From: Trueperaceae bacterium
Lineage (GTDB): Bacteria; Deinococcota; Deinococci; Deinococcales; Trueperaceae
Direction: 5' to 3'
Assembly: GCA_034521815.1 (NCBI GenBank)
Contig: JAXHLW010000013.1
Coordinates: 480,001-544,000, forward strand
DNA length: 64,000 bases
How positions within the stretch are numbered: the first letter of the stretch is position 1; the number at the start of each line of letters is the position of its first letter. Position numbers and translations under genes: made by a program. Below the pieces are notes generated by a model. It was not told where the DNA came from and ran no database searches. It saw only the letters and a list, made by a program, of their open reading frames with translations. Below are positions 53,002 to 64,000 of the stretch, in pieces.

Positions 53002-53943
53002 GTGCAGATCATCCCCGAATTCAAGGCCAAATCCACGGACCGTTACGGCGAGTTCGTGGTGGAGCCTCTCCAGCGCGGTTTCGGCGTCACCCTGGGGAAC
53101 CCCCTCCGGCGCGTCCTGCTCTCGTCGATCCCCGGCACCGCGGTCACCAGCGTGTACATCGAGGACGTGCTCCACGAGTTCTCGACGATCACCGGGGTCA
53201 AAGAGGACGTCATGCAGATCGTCCTCAACCTCAAGCAGCTCGTCGTCAAGCTCCACGACGGCGAGCCGGTGACCCTGACCCTCCGAGCCGAGAAGGCCGG
53301 GACCGTCACCGCGGGTGACCTCGACGTGCCGATGGGCGCCGAGGTCGTGAACCCGGAGCTGACCCTCGCCACGCTGGGCGAAGGCGCCAAGCTGGTGATG
53401 GAGGTCCGCGTCGATCCCGGCGTGGGCTACGTGCCCGCCGAGCTGCTCCACGGCCACAAGGACCGGATCAACTCGATTCCGATCGACGCCGTGTTCACCC
53501 CGGTGCGCCGCGTCGCCTACCGCGTCGAGGACACCCGCGTCGGCCAGAAGACCGACCTCGACCGCCTGGTCGTCCGCGTCTGGACCGACGGCAGCGTGCT
53601 CCCCAAGGACGCGCTGGACCACGCCGTCGAGATCCTCCGGACGCAGCTGAACGTGTTCGGTGGCGACGGCGTCCAGGTCGAGGAGGACGTCCCCGTCGTG
53701 ACGGTGCCGTCCGCCGCCGGCGAGCCGATCCCGGCCGAAGAGGAGCCGCCCCGCCTCAACCTCGAGAGCCTCGAGCTGTCCAACCGCGTGCTGCACTCGC
53801 TGCAGGAGGAAGGGATCGACTCGGTCAATGCGCTCATGGCGCTGTCCGAGCGCGACCTCAAGCGGGTCAGCGGCATCGGGGAGAAGTCGCTCGACGAGAT
53901 CCGCGAACGCCTTTCGGCGCGCGGCATGAAGCTGAAGGAGTAA
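53002..53943 (+). CDS. rpoA: RNA polymerase alpha subunit
   Basis: [32 protein letters not shown], alpha-CTD GEKSL.EI. Confidence 0.98.
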   Translation: MQIIPEFKAKSTDRYGEFVVEPLQRGFGVTLGNPLRRVLLSSIPGTAVTSVYIEDVLHEFSTITGVKEDVMQIVLNLKQLVVKLHDGEPVTLTLRAEKAGTVTAGDLDVPMGAEVVNPELTLATLGEGAKLVMEVRVDPGVGYVPAELLHGHKDRINSIPIDAVFTPVRRVAYRVEDTRVGQKTDLDRLVVRVWTDGSVLPKDALDHAVEILRTQLNVFGGDGVQVEEDVPVVTVPSAAGEPIPAEEEPPRLNLESLELSNRVLHSLQEEGIDSVNALMALSERDLKRVSGIGEKSLDEIRERLSARGMKLKE

Positions 53944-53945
53944 CG

Positions 53946-54308
53946 ATGCGTCACCTCTCCGCCGGCCGCAAGCTGAACCGGAACAGCAGCCACCGCATCG
54001 CCTTGGCCCGCAGCCAGGCGACGGCGCTGTTCCGACACGGCCGCATCAAGACCACCCTCGTCAAGGCCAAGAACCTCCAGCCGTACGTCGAGAAGCTCAT
54101 CACCACCGCCCGCGGCGGCGACCTGCACGCCCGCAGACTGGTGGCCAAGGAGATCCACGACGTCGAGGTGCTGCGCAAGATCATGGACGAGATCGGCCCC
54201 GCCTACCTGGAGCGCAAGGGCGGCTACACCCGCATCTACCGCCTCGGTCACCGTCGCGGCGACGCGACCCAGGAAGCGCTGATCGAGCTGGTGCAGGCCG
54301 AAGCCTGA
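53946..54308 (+). CDS. rplQ: 50S ribosomal protein L17
   Basis: MRH...[22 protein letters not shown]. Confidence 0.98.
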   Translation: MRHLSAGRKLNRNSSHRIALARSQATALFRHGRIKTTLVKAKNLQPYVEKLITTARGGDLHARRLVAKEIHDVEVLRKIMDEIGPAYLERKGGYTRIYRLGHRRGDATQEALIELVQAEA

Positions 54309-54327
54309 GCCCCGCCACGTCCGCGGC

Positions 54328-54350
54328 AGCGCGGCCTTCGGGCCGCGTTT
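54328..54350 (+). terminator. Intrinsic terminator of the alpha operon
   Basis: gcgcggcc-TTCG-ggccgcgt hairpin followed by a short T run. Confidence 0.75.
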
Positions 54351-54381
54351 CGTGCGTCCGCTCCGGCCTCCGGAGCGGACG

Positions 54382-55548
<1,167 letters not shown>

Positions 55549-55627
55549 GCCCCAGCATACCGGCGCCGGACGCGCCGCCCCTCGCGCGCTGCGGGACGGC
55601 AGCGGCGAGGCCTGCGATACTGGACCG

Positions 55628-57307
55628 GTGACACCCCCCGTCCCCATGGAGGAGAGCGTCCGCGCGGCGCTGCGACGCCTCGCTCCCGAGGCGCGGCGCG
55701 TCCTGCTGGCCGTCTCGGGCGGCAGCGACTCGGTCGCCCTGCTACGCGCCCTTCACGGCGCACCGAGGCTCGAGGTGGTGGTCGCGCACCTCGACCACGG
55801 GCTCCGCGACGACGCCGAGGAGGACGCCGCCTGGGTCCAGGCCACCTGCGCCGGTCTGAACGTGCCGTTCGTGCTGGAATCGGCGCCGATCGGGGAGGTC
55901 GCCAGCCGCGAGGGTCGCAACGTCGAAGAGGTCGGGCGCACCGTCCGCTACGCGTTCCTGGCGCGCATCGCCCGCCAGCGCGGCTGCGACGTCGTCGCGA
56001 CCGGGCACACCCGCAGCGACCAGGCCGAGTCGGTGCTGCTGCAGCTCCTTCGCGGCGCCGCGCACCCGCGCGGCATCGAGCCGCGTCGGGGCCGGGTCGT
56101 GCGCCCGCTGCTGGAGCTGTCCAAGGACGACCTGCGCGGCTGGCTGGACGGGCTGGGCCAGGGCTGGCGCGAGGACGCCTCGAACCGCGACATGAGCAGG
56201 GACCGCGCCTGGATCCGTCTTCAGGTGATGCCGCGGCTCGAGCGGCGCAGGCCCGGCGCGGTGGCCCGCCTGGCGCGGTTCGGCCATCTGCAGCGCGAGC
56301 AGGCCGACCTGCTCGCGGACGAGGCTCGCCGCCGCTTCGGCGACGGTCCCCTGGCTCGGGACGCCCTGCTGGCCGCGCCCCCCGCGCTGCAGCGCGAGGC
56401 GCTGGCCCGGCTGATCCGGGCCGCCGGCGGGGAGGCCGAGAGTCTCCACCTCGACGCCATCCTCGCCGCGCTTCGCGGCGAGGGTGCGATCCGGCGCGAC
56501 CTGCCCGGTGGCGTGCGGGTCCGCGTCCTGCCCGACGTGGTGGACGTCGTTCGGCCTCACGACGGTCGCCCTGGGCCCGACCGGCCCGCGGTGTCCGAGC
56601 GGACGATCCGGACGCCCGAGGAGCTGCCCGCAGGACTGCCCGCCAGCCTGCTGGACGACGGGCCCTGGACGCTCCGGACGCCGCGTCCGGGCGATCGGAT
56701 CCGCCTGCCGGGCGGCCGCAGGAAGGTCTCGGACGTGCTGACCGACGCGAAGGTCCCACGCGAGGACCGGCCGGCGATCGGCGTGCTGGCCCGCGGCGAC
56801 GAGGTGGCGTGGATCGAGGGCACGGCCGTCGCCGCCGGCCTCGACGAGGCGGCAGCCGATCCCGACCGGCCGTGGATGCGCCGCGCCTTGGAGCTCGCCG
56901 ACGAGGCGGCCGAAGCGGGCGAGCTGCCCGTCGGCGCGGTCGTGGTGCGCGACGGACGGATCGTCGGCGAGGGCAGGAACGTGCGCGAGTCCGCCGCCGA
57001 CCCGAGCGCGCACGCCGAGATCGAGGCGATGCGCGACGCGGCGACGCGCGAGGGCGACTGGCGTCTGGCGGACGCCACCCTGTACGTCACCCTGGAGCCG
57101 TGCCCGATGTGCGCCGGCGCCGTGCTGCAGAGCCATCTGGGCCGTGTGGTGTGGGGCGCCGCGAACCGCCGCGACGGCGCGTTCGGAAGCGTGGTGGATC
57201 TCGCCGCCGGACCGTGGAAGCGGGTGCCGGAGCGTCGCGGCGGCGTGCTGGCCCGCGACGCGGCCCGGCGGCTCGAACGGTTCTTCGCCGCCAGGCGCGA
57301 CGCCTGA
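55628..57307 (+). CDS. tilS: TilS (tRNA-Ile lysidine synthetase) - TadA (tRNA adenosine deaminase) fusion
   Basis: [25 protein letters not shown]-terminal [24 protein letters not shown]; start GTG 55628 or ATG 55646. Confidence 0.92.
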   Translation: MTPPVPMEESVRAALRRLAPEARRVLLAVSGGSDSVALLRALHGAPRLEVVVAHLDHGLRDDAEEDAAWVQATCAGLNVPFVLESAPIGEVASREGRNVEEVGRTVRYAFLARIARQRGCDVVATGHTRSDQAESVLLQLLRGAAHPRGIEPRRGRVVRPLLELSKDDLRGWLDGLGQGWREDASNRDMSRDRAWIRLQVMPRLERRRPGAVARLARFGHLQREQADLLADEARRRFGDGPLARDALLAAPPALQREALARLIRAAGGEAESLHLDAILAALRGEGAIRRDLPGGVRVRVLPDVVDVVRPHDGRPGPDRPAVSERTIRTPEELPAGLPASLLDDGPWTLRTPRPGDRIRLPGGRRKVSDVLTDAKVPREDRPAIGVLARGDEVAWIEGTAVAAGLDEAAADPDRPWMRRALELADEAAEAGELPVGAVVVRDGRIVGEGRNVRESAADPSAHAEIEAMRDAATREGDWRLADATLYVTLEPCPMCAGAVLQSHLGRVVWGAANRRDGAFGSVVDLAAGPWKRVPERRGGVLARDAARRLERFFAARRDA

Positions 57308-57419
57308 GGCGGCGGCCGGACGGGGACGGGACGTCCGCGCGGATGCGCGCCACGAGACGCGTCCGGAACGGCGTTCATGGCGTCCGGCGCGCAGCCACGC
57401 CGCATGTATGATGACCGGG

Positions 57420-59207
<1,788 letters not shown>

Positions 59208-59218
59208 GCGGCCGGGCG

Positions 59219-60280
59219 ATGGCGCTGGGTCGACGCCGGTTCAGGCCGTCCTTGCGGGCCCAGCTGGGCCTGGTGATCGCCCTGCTCTCGCTGCTTCCCA
59301 ACCTGGTGATGGCCGGCCTGGTGTTCCTGCCCGCCGTGCGCGAGCTGGGCGGCCTGGCGCCACGCGTCACGGCGGGCCTGATCGGCTGGCTGGTGGCGAT
59401 CGTGATGCTGTCGGTCACGATCGGCGGGGTGCTGGCGCGGGTGCTGCTGGCCCCGTTGACCCGCGTGATGCGGGACGCGGACGCGCTGCCGCGCACCTCG
59501 CGCCGGCTGGGTCTGGCGCGCCTGCCCGTCGCCGACGACGATCCGCCCGAGATCACCTCGCTTCGCAACGCGATCAACCGCCTGCTGGCGCAGGTCCAGA
59601 CCCAACAGCGACGTCGCAGCACCTTCAGCGCGACGCTGATGCACGACATGAAGACGCCGCTGCTGGCGCAGGGCAACGCCCTTCGGCTGTTGAGAGACGA
59701 GCGTAGCGGACTGAGCGAGATCGACGTCCAGGCGCTGCTCACGCAGGCGGCCGACGAGACCGACGCGCTGCGCGCGCTGGTGCAGCAGCTCGTCGACGCG
59801 CACCGCTTCGAGCAGGGCGAGGTCGTGCCCAAGTCGACCGAGGTCGGCGTGCGCGACCTGGTCGAGGGCGAGGTGGCGCGCCTGCACGAGGTCGCCCGCG
59901 AGCGTGGCGTGCGGGTCGAGGTGCACGGCGCCGCCGACGCCCGCGTCGATCCGGACCTGATGGCGCGTGCGGTGGGCAACCTGCTGGGCAACGCCGTGCG
60001 CTACGCCTCGTCGTCCGTCCAGGTCGAGATCCGCCCCGGCCTTCTCCGCATCGCCGACGACGGCCCGGGGCTGCCCGCGCCGCTCGAGGAGCTGGCCCGG
60101 CCGTTCAACGACCAGCCGGCCGTGATCGCGGGGCATCGCTACCGTGTGGGCAGCGGCGGTCTGGGCCTGTACGTCGCGCGCAGCATCCTCGAGGCGCACG
60201 GGGGGCGCCTGGTGGCCGAGTCGTACGGGCCCGGCGGCACCGTGCTGCTGGCCTACCTGGGCCGAAAGGGGTTCGCATGA
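59219..60280 (+). CDS. Membrane sensor histidine kinase
   Basis: Two TM segments, HAMP-like linker, H-box LMHDMKTPL, N-box NLLGNAVRY, DDGPG, GLGL. Confidence 0.92.
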   Translation: MALGRRRFRPSLRAQLGLVIALLSLLPNLVMAGLVFLPAVRELGGLAPRVTAGLIGWLVAIVMLSVTIGGVLARVLLAPLTRVMRDADALPRTSRRLGLARLPVADDDPPEITSLRNAINRLLAQVQTQQRRRSTFSATLMHDMKTPLLAQGNALRLLRDERSGLSEIDVQALLTQAADETDALRALVQQLVDAHRFEQGEVVPKSTEVGVRDLVEGEVARLHEVARERGVRVEVHGAADARVDPDLMARAVGNLLGNAVRYASSSVQVEIRPGLLRIADDGPGLPAPLEELARPFNDQPAVIAGHRYRVGSGGLGLYVARSILEAHGGRLVAESYGPGGTVLLAYLGRKGFA

Positions 60281-60861
60281 TCCGCGTCCTGATCGCCGAC
60301 GATCATCCGCTGTTCCGGGTCGGGCTGGCGCACGCGCTCAGGGCCCGCGGATTCGAGATCGTGGCCGAGGCCGAGAACGGTCGGCACGCCGTCGAGCTCG
60401 CTCGCACGCACCGGCCCGACCTGGTGGTGCTGGACGTGAGGATGCCCGAGATGGACGGGATCGAGGCGTGCGAGGCGCTCTGCGCCATGGACGACGCGCC
60501 CAGCGTGGTGATGCTGACGACGTTCGACGAGCCGGCCCTGGTGTCGGCCGCCGCCGCGGCCGGCGCCACCGCGTACCTCTCCAAGGAGACGGATCCGAGG
60601 CGTCTGGCCGAGAGCCTCGAGCGGATCGCGGTCGAGCCGGGCCGCGACTGGATGCCGCGGGTGGCGCTGCCCGAGCTGACGCGCCGCGAGCGCGAGGTGC
60701 TGGCGCTGCTGGCCGACGGGCTCACGAACCGCGAGATCGCCCAGCGCCTGGGCATCGGGCCCGAGACGGTGAAGGACCACGTCGCCTCGCTCTACCGGAA
60801 GCTGGACGTGCGCGACCGCGTCAGCGCGGTGCGGGAGGCCGATCGGTTCGGCTTCGTCTGA
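60277..60861 (+). CDS. NarL/LuxR-family response regulator
   Basis: LIADDH, LDVRMPEMDG, LTRREREVL...GLTNREIA..L..GPETVK.H. Confidence 0.94.
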   Translation: MIRVLIADDHPLFRVGLAHALRARGFEIVAEAENGRHAVELARTHRPDLVVLDVRMPEMDGIEACEALCAMDDAPSVVMLTTFDEPALVSAAAAAGATAYLSKETDPRRLAESLERIAVEPGRDWMPRVALPELTRREREVLALLADGLTNREIAQRLGIGPETVKDHVASLYRKLDVRDRVSAVREADRFGFV

Positions 60862-60874
60862 GGCGGCGTGGCCC

Positions 60875-60910
60875 GCGCCGCCGTGCGCGCCACCGTGCGC
60901 GCCGCCGTGC
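60875..60910. repeat. 12-bp tandem repeat GCGCCRCCGTGC x3 just after the response-regulator stop
   Basis: Units at 60875, 60887 and 60899. Confidence 0.8.
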
Positions 60911-61053
60911 GCCGAGGCTCGGCGGTCGGACGTGCGCCGTAGCGGAGCGGTCCGCCGCACCTGCCCAGATCGACCGCAGCGGATGATCAGCGTGCAGCGG
61001 CGCGTGGCGCAGCGTCCGCCGCTCGCCGGGGCGTCGTCCTCTAGCGTACGGGC

Positions 61054-61503
61054 ATGCGAGCTCGCTCCGGTTTCACGCTTCTCGAGACGATCGTCGTGCT
61101 GGCGGTGCTGGCCGTCGTCCTCGGCCTCGCCTGGGCGGCGTGGACGCCGTCCGCCGCGAAACGGACCGCGCGGGGCTACCTCCAGACCGTTCAGGGCGCA
61201 CGGATCGCCGCCTTGGCGGGGACGCCGGCCTCGGTCCGCTGGGATCCCGACCGGCACGCGTTCCTGGTGCGTCACGGCGATCCCGGCTGCAGCGGCGATC
61301 CGCGCCAGGTCTTGGCGCCCGACCCTCCGGTGGCCGTGACCCGTCGGCTTCGCGACGGGGTCGCCTGGCTTCCCGACGGCACCGGTCGGGCGTGCAGCGG
61401 AGGCGGCGTGTTCGGCGGCCGCGTGCGGTTCGAGGATCGCCGCTCCGCCTGGGACGTCGTCGTCGCCAGTACCGGGCGGCTGCGGCTCGAGGCGGCTCCG
61501 TGA
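61054..61503 (+). CDS. Type IV minor pilin, FimT/GspH-like
   Basis: Prepilin site RSG|FTLLE, hydrophobic helix, C-terminal VVASTGR. Confidence 0.82.
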   Translation: MRARSGFTLLETIVVLAVLAVVLGLAWAAWTPSAAKRTARGYLQTVQGARIAALAGTPASVRWDPDRHAFLVRHGDPGCSGDPRQVLAPDPPVAVTRRLRDGVAWLPDGTGRACSGGGVFGGRVRFEDRRSAWDVVVASTGRLRLEAAP

Positions 61504-61910
61504 CCGCGCGCACGGCGGGGCCGGTGGGATGGACCCTGGTCGAGGTGCTCGTCGCGCTGGTCGTGTTCGCCGTGCTGTCGACGGCGGCGTCGGGGCTGCT
61601 GATCGGCGCGGCGCGTCTGCAGGCCAGCGCCGCGACGAAGGCGGCACGCGTGGAGGCGCTCGATCCGTACCTGCTCGTCGCCGGCGCGCGGATCGGGGCG
61701 TTATCCGCCTGTCCCGCCCCGTCGGGTGCGGCGGAGATGGCGGAGACGGCCTCGACGACGCCCGTCGCCTGTCACGCCGGATCGCGCCGCTGCCGCCTGG
61801 ACGCCGGCCGGATCGTGTGCGACGGTGGACCGATCGTGCGATCGCGCCTTCGGACGTGGGCCGGTGGCCAGCTGGGACCCGAGGTCGAGGTCTGGAGCGT
61901 CGCGCCGTGA
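61500..61910 (+). CDS. Type IV minor pilin, PilV-like
   Basis: G|WTLVEVLVAL prepilin motif; GTGA coupling to the upstream gene. Confidence 0.72.
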   Translation: MTARTAGPVGWTLVEVLVALVVFAVLSTAASGLLIGAARLQASAATKAARVEALDPYLLVAGARIGALSACPAPSGAAEMAETASTTPVACHAGSRRCRLDAGRIVCDGGPIVRSRLRTWAGGQLGPEVEVWSVAP

Positions 61911-62563
61911 GACGGCGGCGCTCCCTGGAGGCGTTCACGCTGGTGGAGCTGCTCGTCGCCCTGACGTTGGCGGCGTTCCTGGCAGGCCTGCTGGGATCCA
62001 CGCTGGCGGGAGGGGCGTCCGTCGCCGGCCGGGTCGGTCGCGCCTCCGAGGCCGCCCAGTTGCGGATTCTCGCATCGAGCCTGCTGAGGTCCGAGATCGA
62101 GCTTGCCGGGCGGGGCTCCGCGACGAGCGGCCTGGCGCTCGAGCTCGATCCGGCGGGGGAGGGCGGCGACCGGATCGTCGTCCGTTACCTCGCTGACGCG
62201 TACCGGGCCGAGCCGCTCCTGGTCGAGGCCACCTTCTTCGCGGCCGTGGACGGCCGGGGCCGACCCAACCTGTATCGGCAGCCCGACGACGGCGTTCGGC
62301 AGCCGTGGCTGCTCGGGGCGACCGGCGTGCACGTGCTCGGCGGGCGTGGCCCGGACGGCGCGACGCTGGCGCGGTCCGAGCTTACGCCTGGAACGAGGAT
62401 CGCAGCGCTGGAGGTCGAGGTCCGCTTCGCGGCGGGACGGCCGGTTCGTGGCTGGGCGGCGACGGCGCGATCGGGAACGCTGAGCGACGCCCCCCTGCCT
62501 TCGCTGCCCGTGTCGCCGACCGCGTCGCCGACCGCCTCGCCGACCGAGACCGGACCGGGCTGA
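61907..62563 (+). CDS. Type IV minor pilin, PilW-like
   Basis: A|FTLVELLVAL, EIELAG motif; GTGA coupling to the upstream gene. Confidence 0.75.
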   Translation: MRRRRSLEAFTLVELLVALTLAAFLAGLLGSTLAGGASVAGRVGRASEAAQLRILASSLLRSEIELAGRGSATSGLALELDPAGEGGDRIVVRYLADAYRAEPLLVEATFFAAVDGRGRPNLYRQPDDGVRQPWLLGATGVHVLGGRGPDGATLARSELTPGTRIAALEVEVRFAAGRPVRGWAATARSGTLSDAPLPSLPVSPTASPTASPTETGPG

Positions 62564-62931
62564 TGAAGAACGATCGTCGTGGCCTGATCCTGGTGGCGGT
62601 GCTCAGCGGCGGCGTCGCGCTGCTGCTGATCGCCACGTTCACCCTCACGGTCGCGCTTCTGCAGCTACAGGGGGCCGAGTACCAGCAGCGGATGCAGCGC
62701 GCCCGGGCCACCGCCGAGGCCGGCGTCGTCCTGCTGGACGCCGTGCTGCGCGAGCGCTGGAGCCGCGGCGAGGGGCTGCCGGACACGGCGCCGCCGCTGC
62801 CCGGTGGGCACGGCCTGGAGCTGCGCGTGATCGGCTACCGGCCGCTGGCGGTCGGCCTGGTCGAAGTCGAGGTGGAAGGCGGGGAGGCCGGCGCCATCGC
62901 CGTCGCAGGCGCCGAGCTGCGCTACCCGTGA
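62563..62931 (+). CDS. PilX-like minor pilin
   Basis: RRG|LILVA with no Glu5, A.ATAEAGV motif. Confidence 0.7.
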   Translation: MKNDRRGLILVAVLSGGVALLLIATFTLTVALLQLQGAEYQQRMQRARATAEAGVVLLDAVLRERWSRGEGLPDTAPPLPGGHGLELRVIGYRPLAVGLVEVEVEGGEAGAIAVAGAELRYP

Positions 62932-62961
62932 CGCGGCACCGCGACGCGGTATCGTGCCGCC

Positions 62962-63486
62962 GTGAGCGTGCGATCCCGTCTCTGCGCGGCGCTGCTGGCC
63001 GCTGGTCGTCCGGTGAGCGCCCCCGACCTGGCGCGGGCGCTGAGCATCGCGCCCGACGCGGTCGAGGAGGCCACCAGGGAGCTCCAGCGCGTTCTCGACG
63101 AGGCCGATCTCGGCCTTCAGGTCGAGGCCGTCGCCGGCGGCTACCGTCTCGTCGTCCACCCCGCGGTGGTGCCCGACCTGCAGGCGTTCCTGGCCCCGGC
63201 GCCGCTCCCGCAGCTGTCCAACGCCGCGATCGAGACCCTCGCCCTCGTGGCGTACCACCAGCCGATCGCCCGCGGCGAGCTCGAGGCCGCCCGTGGCGCA
63301 TCGTGCACCTCGACGCTGGACACGTTGCAGGAGCGCGAGCTCGTCAAGGTCGTCGGCCGCAAGGAGGTCGTCGGCCGCCCCCTGCTGTACGGCACGACCG
63401 ACCGGTTCCTGATCGAGTTCGGACTGGCTTCGCTGCACGATCTGCCAGCGCTGGGCGACGCGCCGGAGGCGTTCCTGCGAGGCTGA
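62962..63486 (+). CDS. scpB: SMC-Scp complex subunit ScpB
   Basis: VAGGYRL, LS.AAIETLALVAYHQPI.R, GRPLLYGTT..FL..FGL. Confidence 0.95.
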   Translation: MSVRSRLCAALLAAGRPVSAPDLARALSIAPDAVEEATRELQRVLDEADLGLQVEAVAGGYRLVVHPAVVPDLQAFLAPAPLPQLSNAAIETLALVAYHQPIARGELEAARGASCTSTLDTLQERELVKVVGRKEVVGRPLLYGTTDRFLIEFGLASLHDLPALGDAPEAFLRG

Positions 63487-63489
63487 CCC

Positions 63490-63526
63490 GTCCTGCTCGC
63501 GACATGCTCGCGTCCTGCTCGGTCCT
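63490..63526. repeat. 11-bp degenerate tandem repeat (GTCCTGCTCGC) between the convergent scpB and aroQ stops
   Basis: Units at 63490, 63501, 63512 and 63522, abutting the aroQ stop. Confidence 0.7.
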
Positions 63527-63954
63527 CAGTCGCGGACCAGCGCCTCGATCGCGGCGCGGTACCCGACCGGCCCCAAGCCCGACACCGTCCCGGCGCAGAC
63601 GGGGGCCAACAGGCTGGCTCGCCTGAACGACTCGCGAGCGTGCACGTTCGACAGGTGCACCTCGATCACCCGGGTCGGCACCGACGCCACCGCGTCCCGG
63701 AGCGCGACGGAGGTGTGCGTGTAGCCGCCGGCGTTCAGCACCACGCCGACCGCGCCCTCCTGCTCGGCGTCCTGGACCCAGCCGATCAGGTCGCCCTCGT
63801 GGTTCGACTGGCGGCATTCGACGACGGCGCCGAGGGCGCTGCCCCAGTCGCGACAGAGGCCGTCCAGCTCGGGAAGCGTGGTGGTTCCGTACACGTCCGG
63901 CTGGCGCGTGCCCAACAGGTTCAGGTTCGGGCCGTTCAGGACAAGGATCTTCAC
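63526..63954 (-). CDS. aroQ: Type II 3-dehydroquinate dehydratase
   Basis: LNGPNLNLLGTR.P..YG, QSNHEG, NAGGYTHTS, EVHLSN. Confidence 0.97.
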   Translation of the reverse strand: MKILVLNGPNLNLLGTRQPDVYGTTTLPELDGLCRDWGSALGAVVECRQSNHEGDLIGWVQDAEQEGAVGVVLNAGGYTHTSVALRDAVASVPTRVIEVHLSNVHARESFRRASLLAPVCAGTVSGLGPVGYRAAIEALVRD

Positions 63955-64000
63955 GAGTCGCTCCTCTCATCGGGCAGCACGGCGCCCAGGGTGGACGCTG
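63951..64000 (-). CDS. 3' end of an upstream gene (partial; possibly aroB by context)
   Basis: Open frame ...ASTLGAVLPDERSDS* whose TGA overlaps the aroQ GTG; too short to identify. Confidence 0.35.
   Translation of the reverse strand, partial: ASTLGAVLPDERSDS

Overview
A 64 kb high-GC bacterial chromosome segment. Gene content and protein signatures point to phylum Deinococcota, probably Trueperaceae-like (inference from the TilS-TadA fusion, the EF-Tu insertion, amylosucrase and many leaderless genes). It is mostly core genome: rlpA, trpBA, gluQ, xpt, sucCD, mog, lgt, a truncated glmU, a sucrose-phosphate synthase/phosphatase plus GH32-like pair, carA, dtd, udg, recN, nrnA, an HtrA-like protease, tRNA-Ile(GAT), ispH, dusA, aroH, glycerate kinase, sua5, purEK, amylosucrase, the complete str-S10-spc-alpha ribosomal superoperon (35.4-54.3 kb), deoB, tilS-tadA, lepA, a two-component pair, a minor-pilin cluster, scpB and aroQ. 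I found no mobile element, prophage or CRISPR array. Most striking signals: (1) tuf is synonymously rewritten almost entirely to G/T-ending codons, with edges at the CDS, inside an operon that otherwise favours C-ending codons; (2) an unannotated leaderless Trp-containing leader peptide upstream of trpBA; (3) recurrent 11-15 bp tandem duplications anchored on stop codons and gene ends; (4) sucrose synthesis and turnover genes; (5) enzyme variants missing canonical residues (Cys-free family-4 UDG, GlmU without its acetyltransferase domain, DUF62 His-to-Asp); (6) a probable CTG start for rpsL. Paired compensating indels in tuf and the GH32 gene look like sequencing errors. All calls come from reading motifs by eye; no database searches were run.
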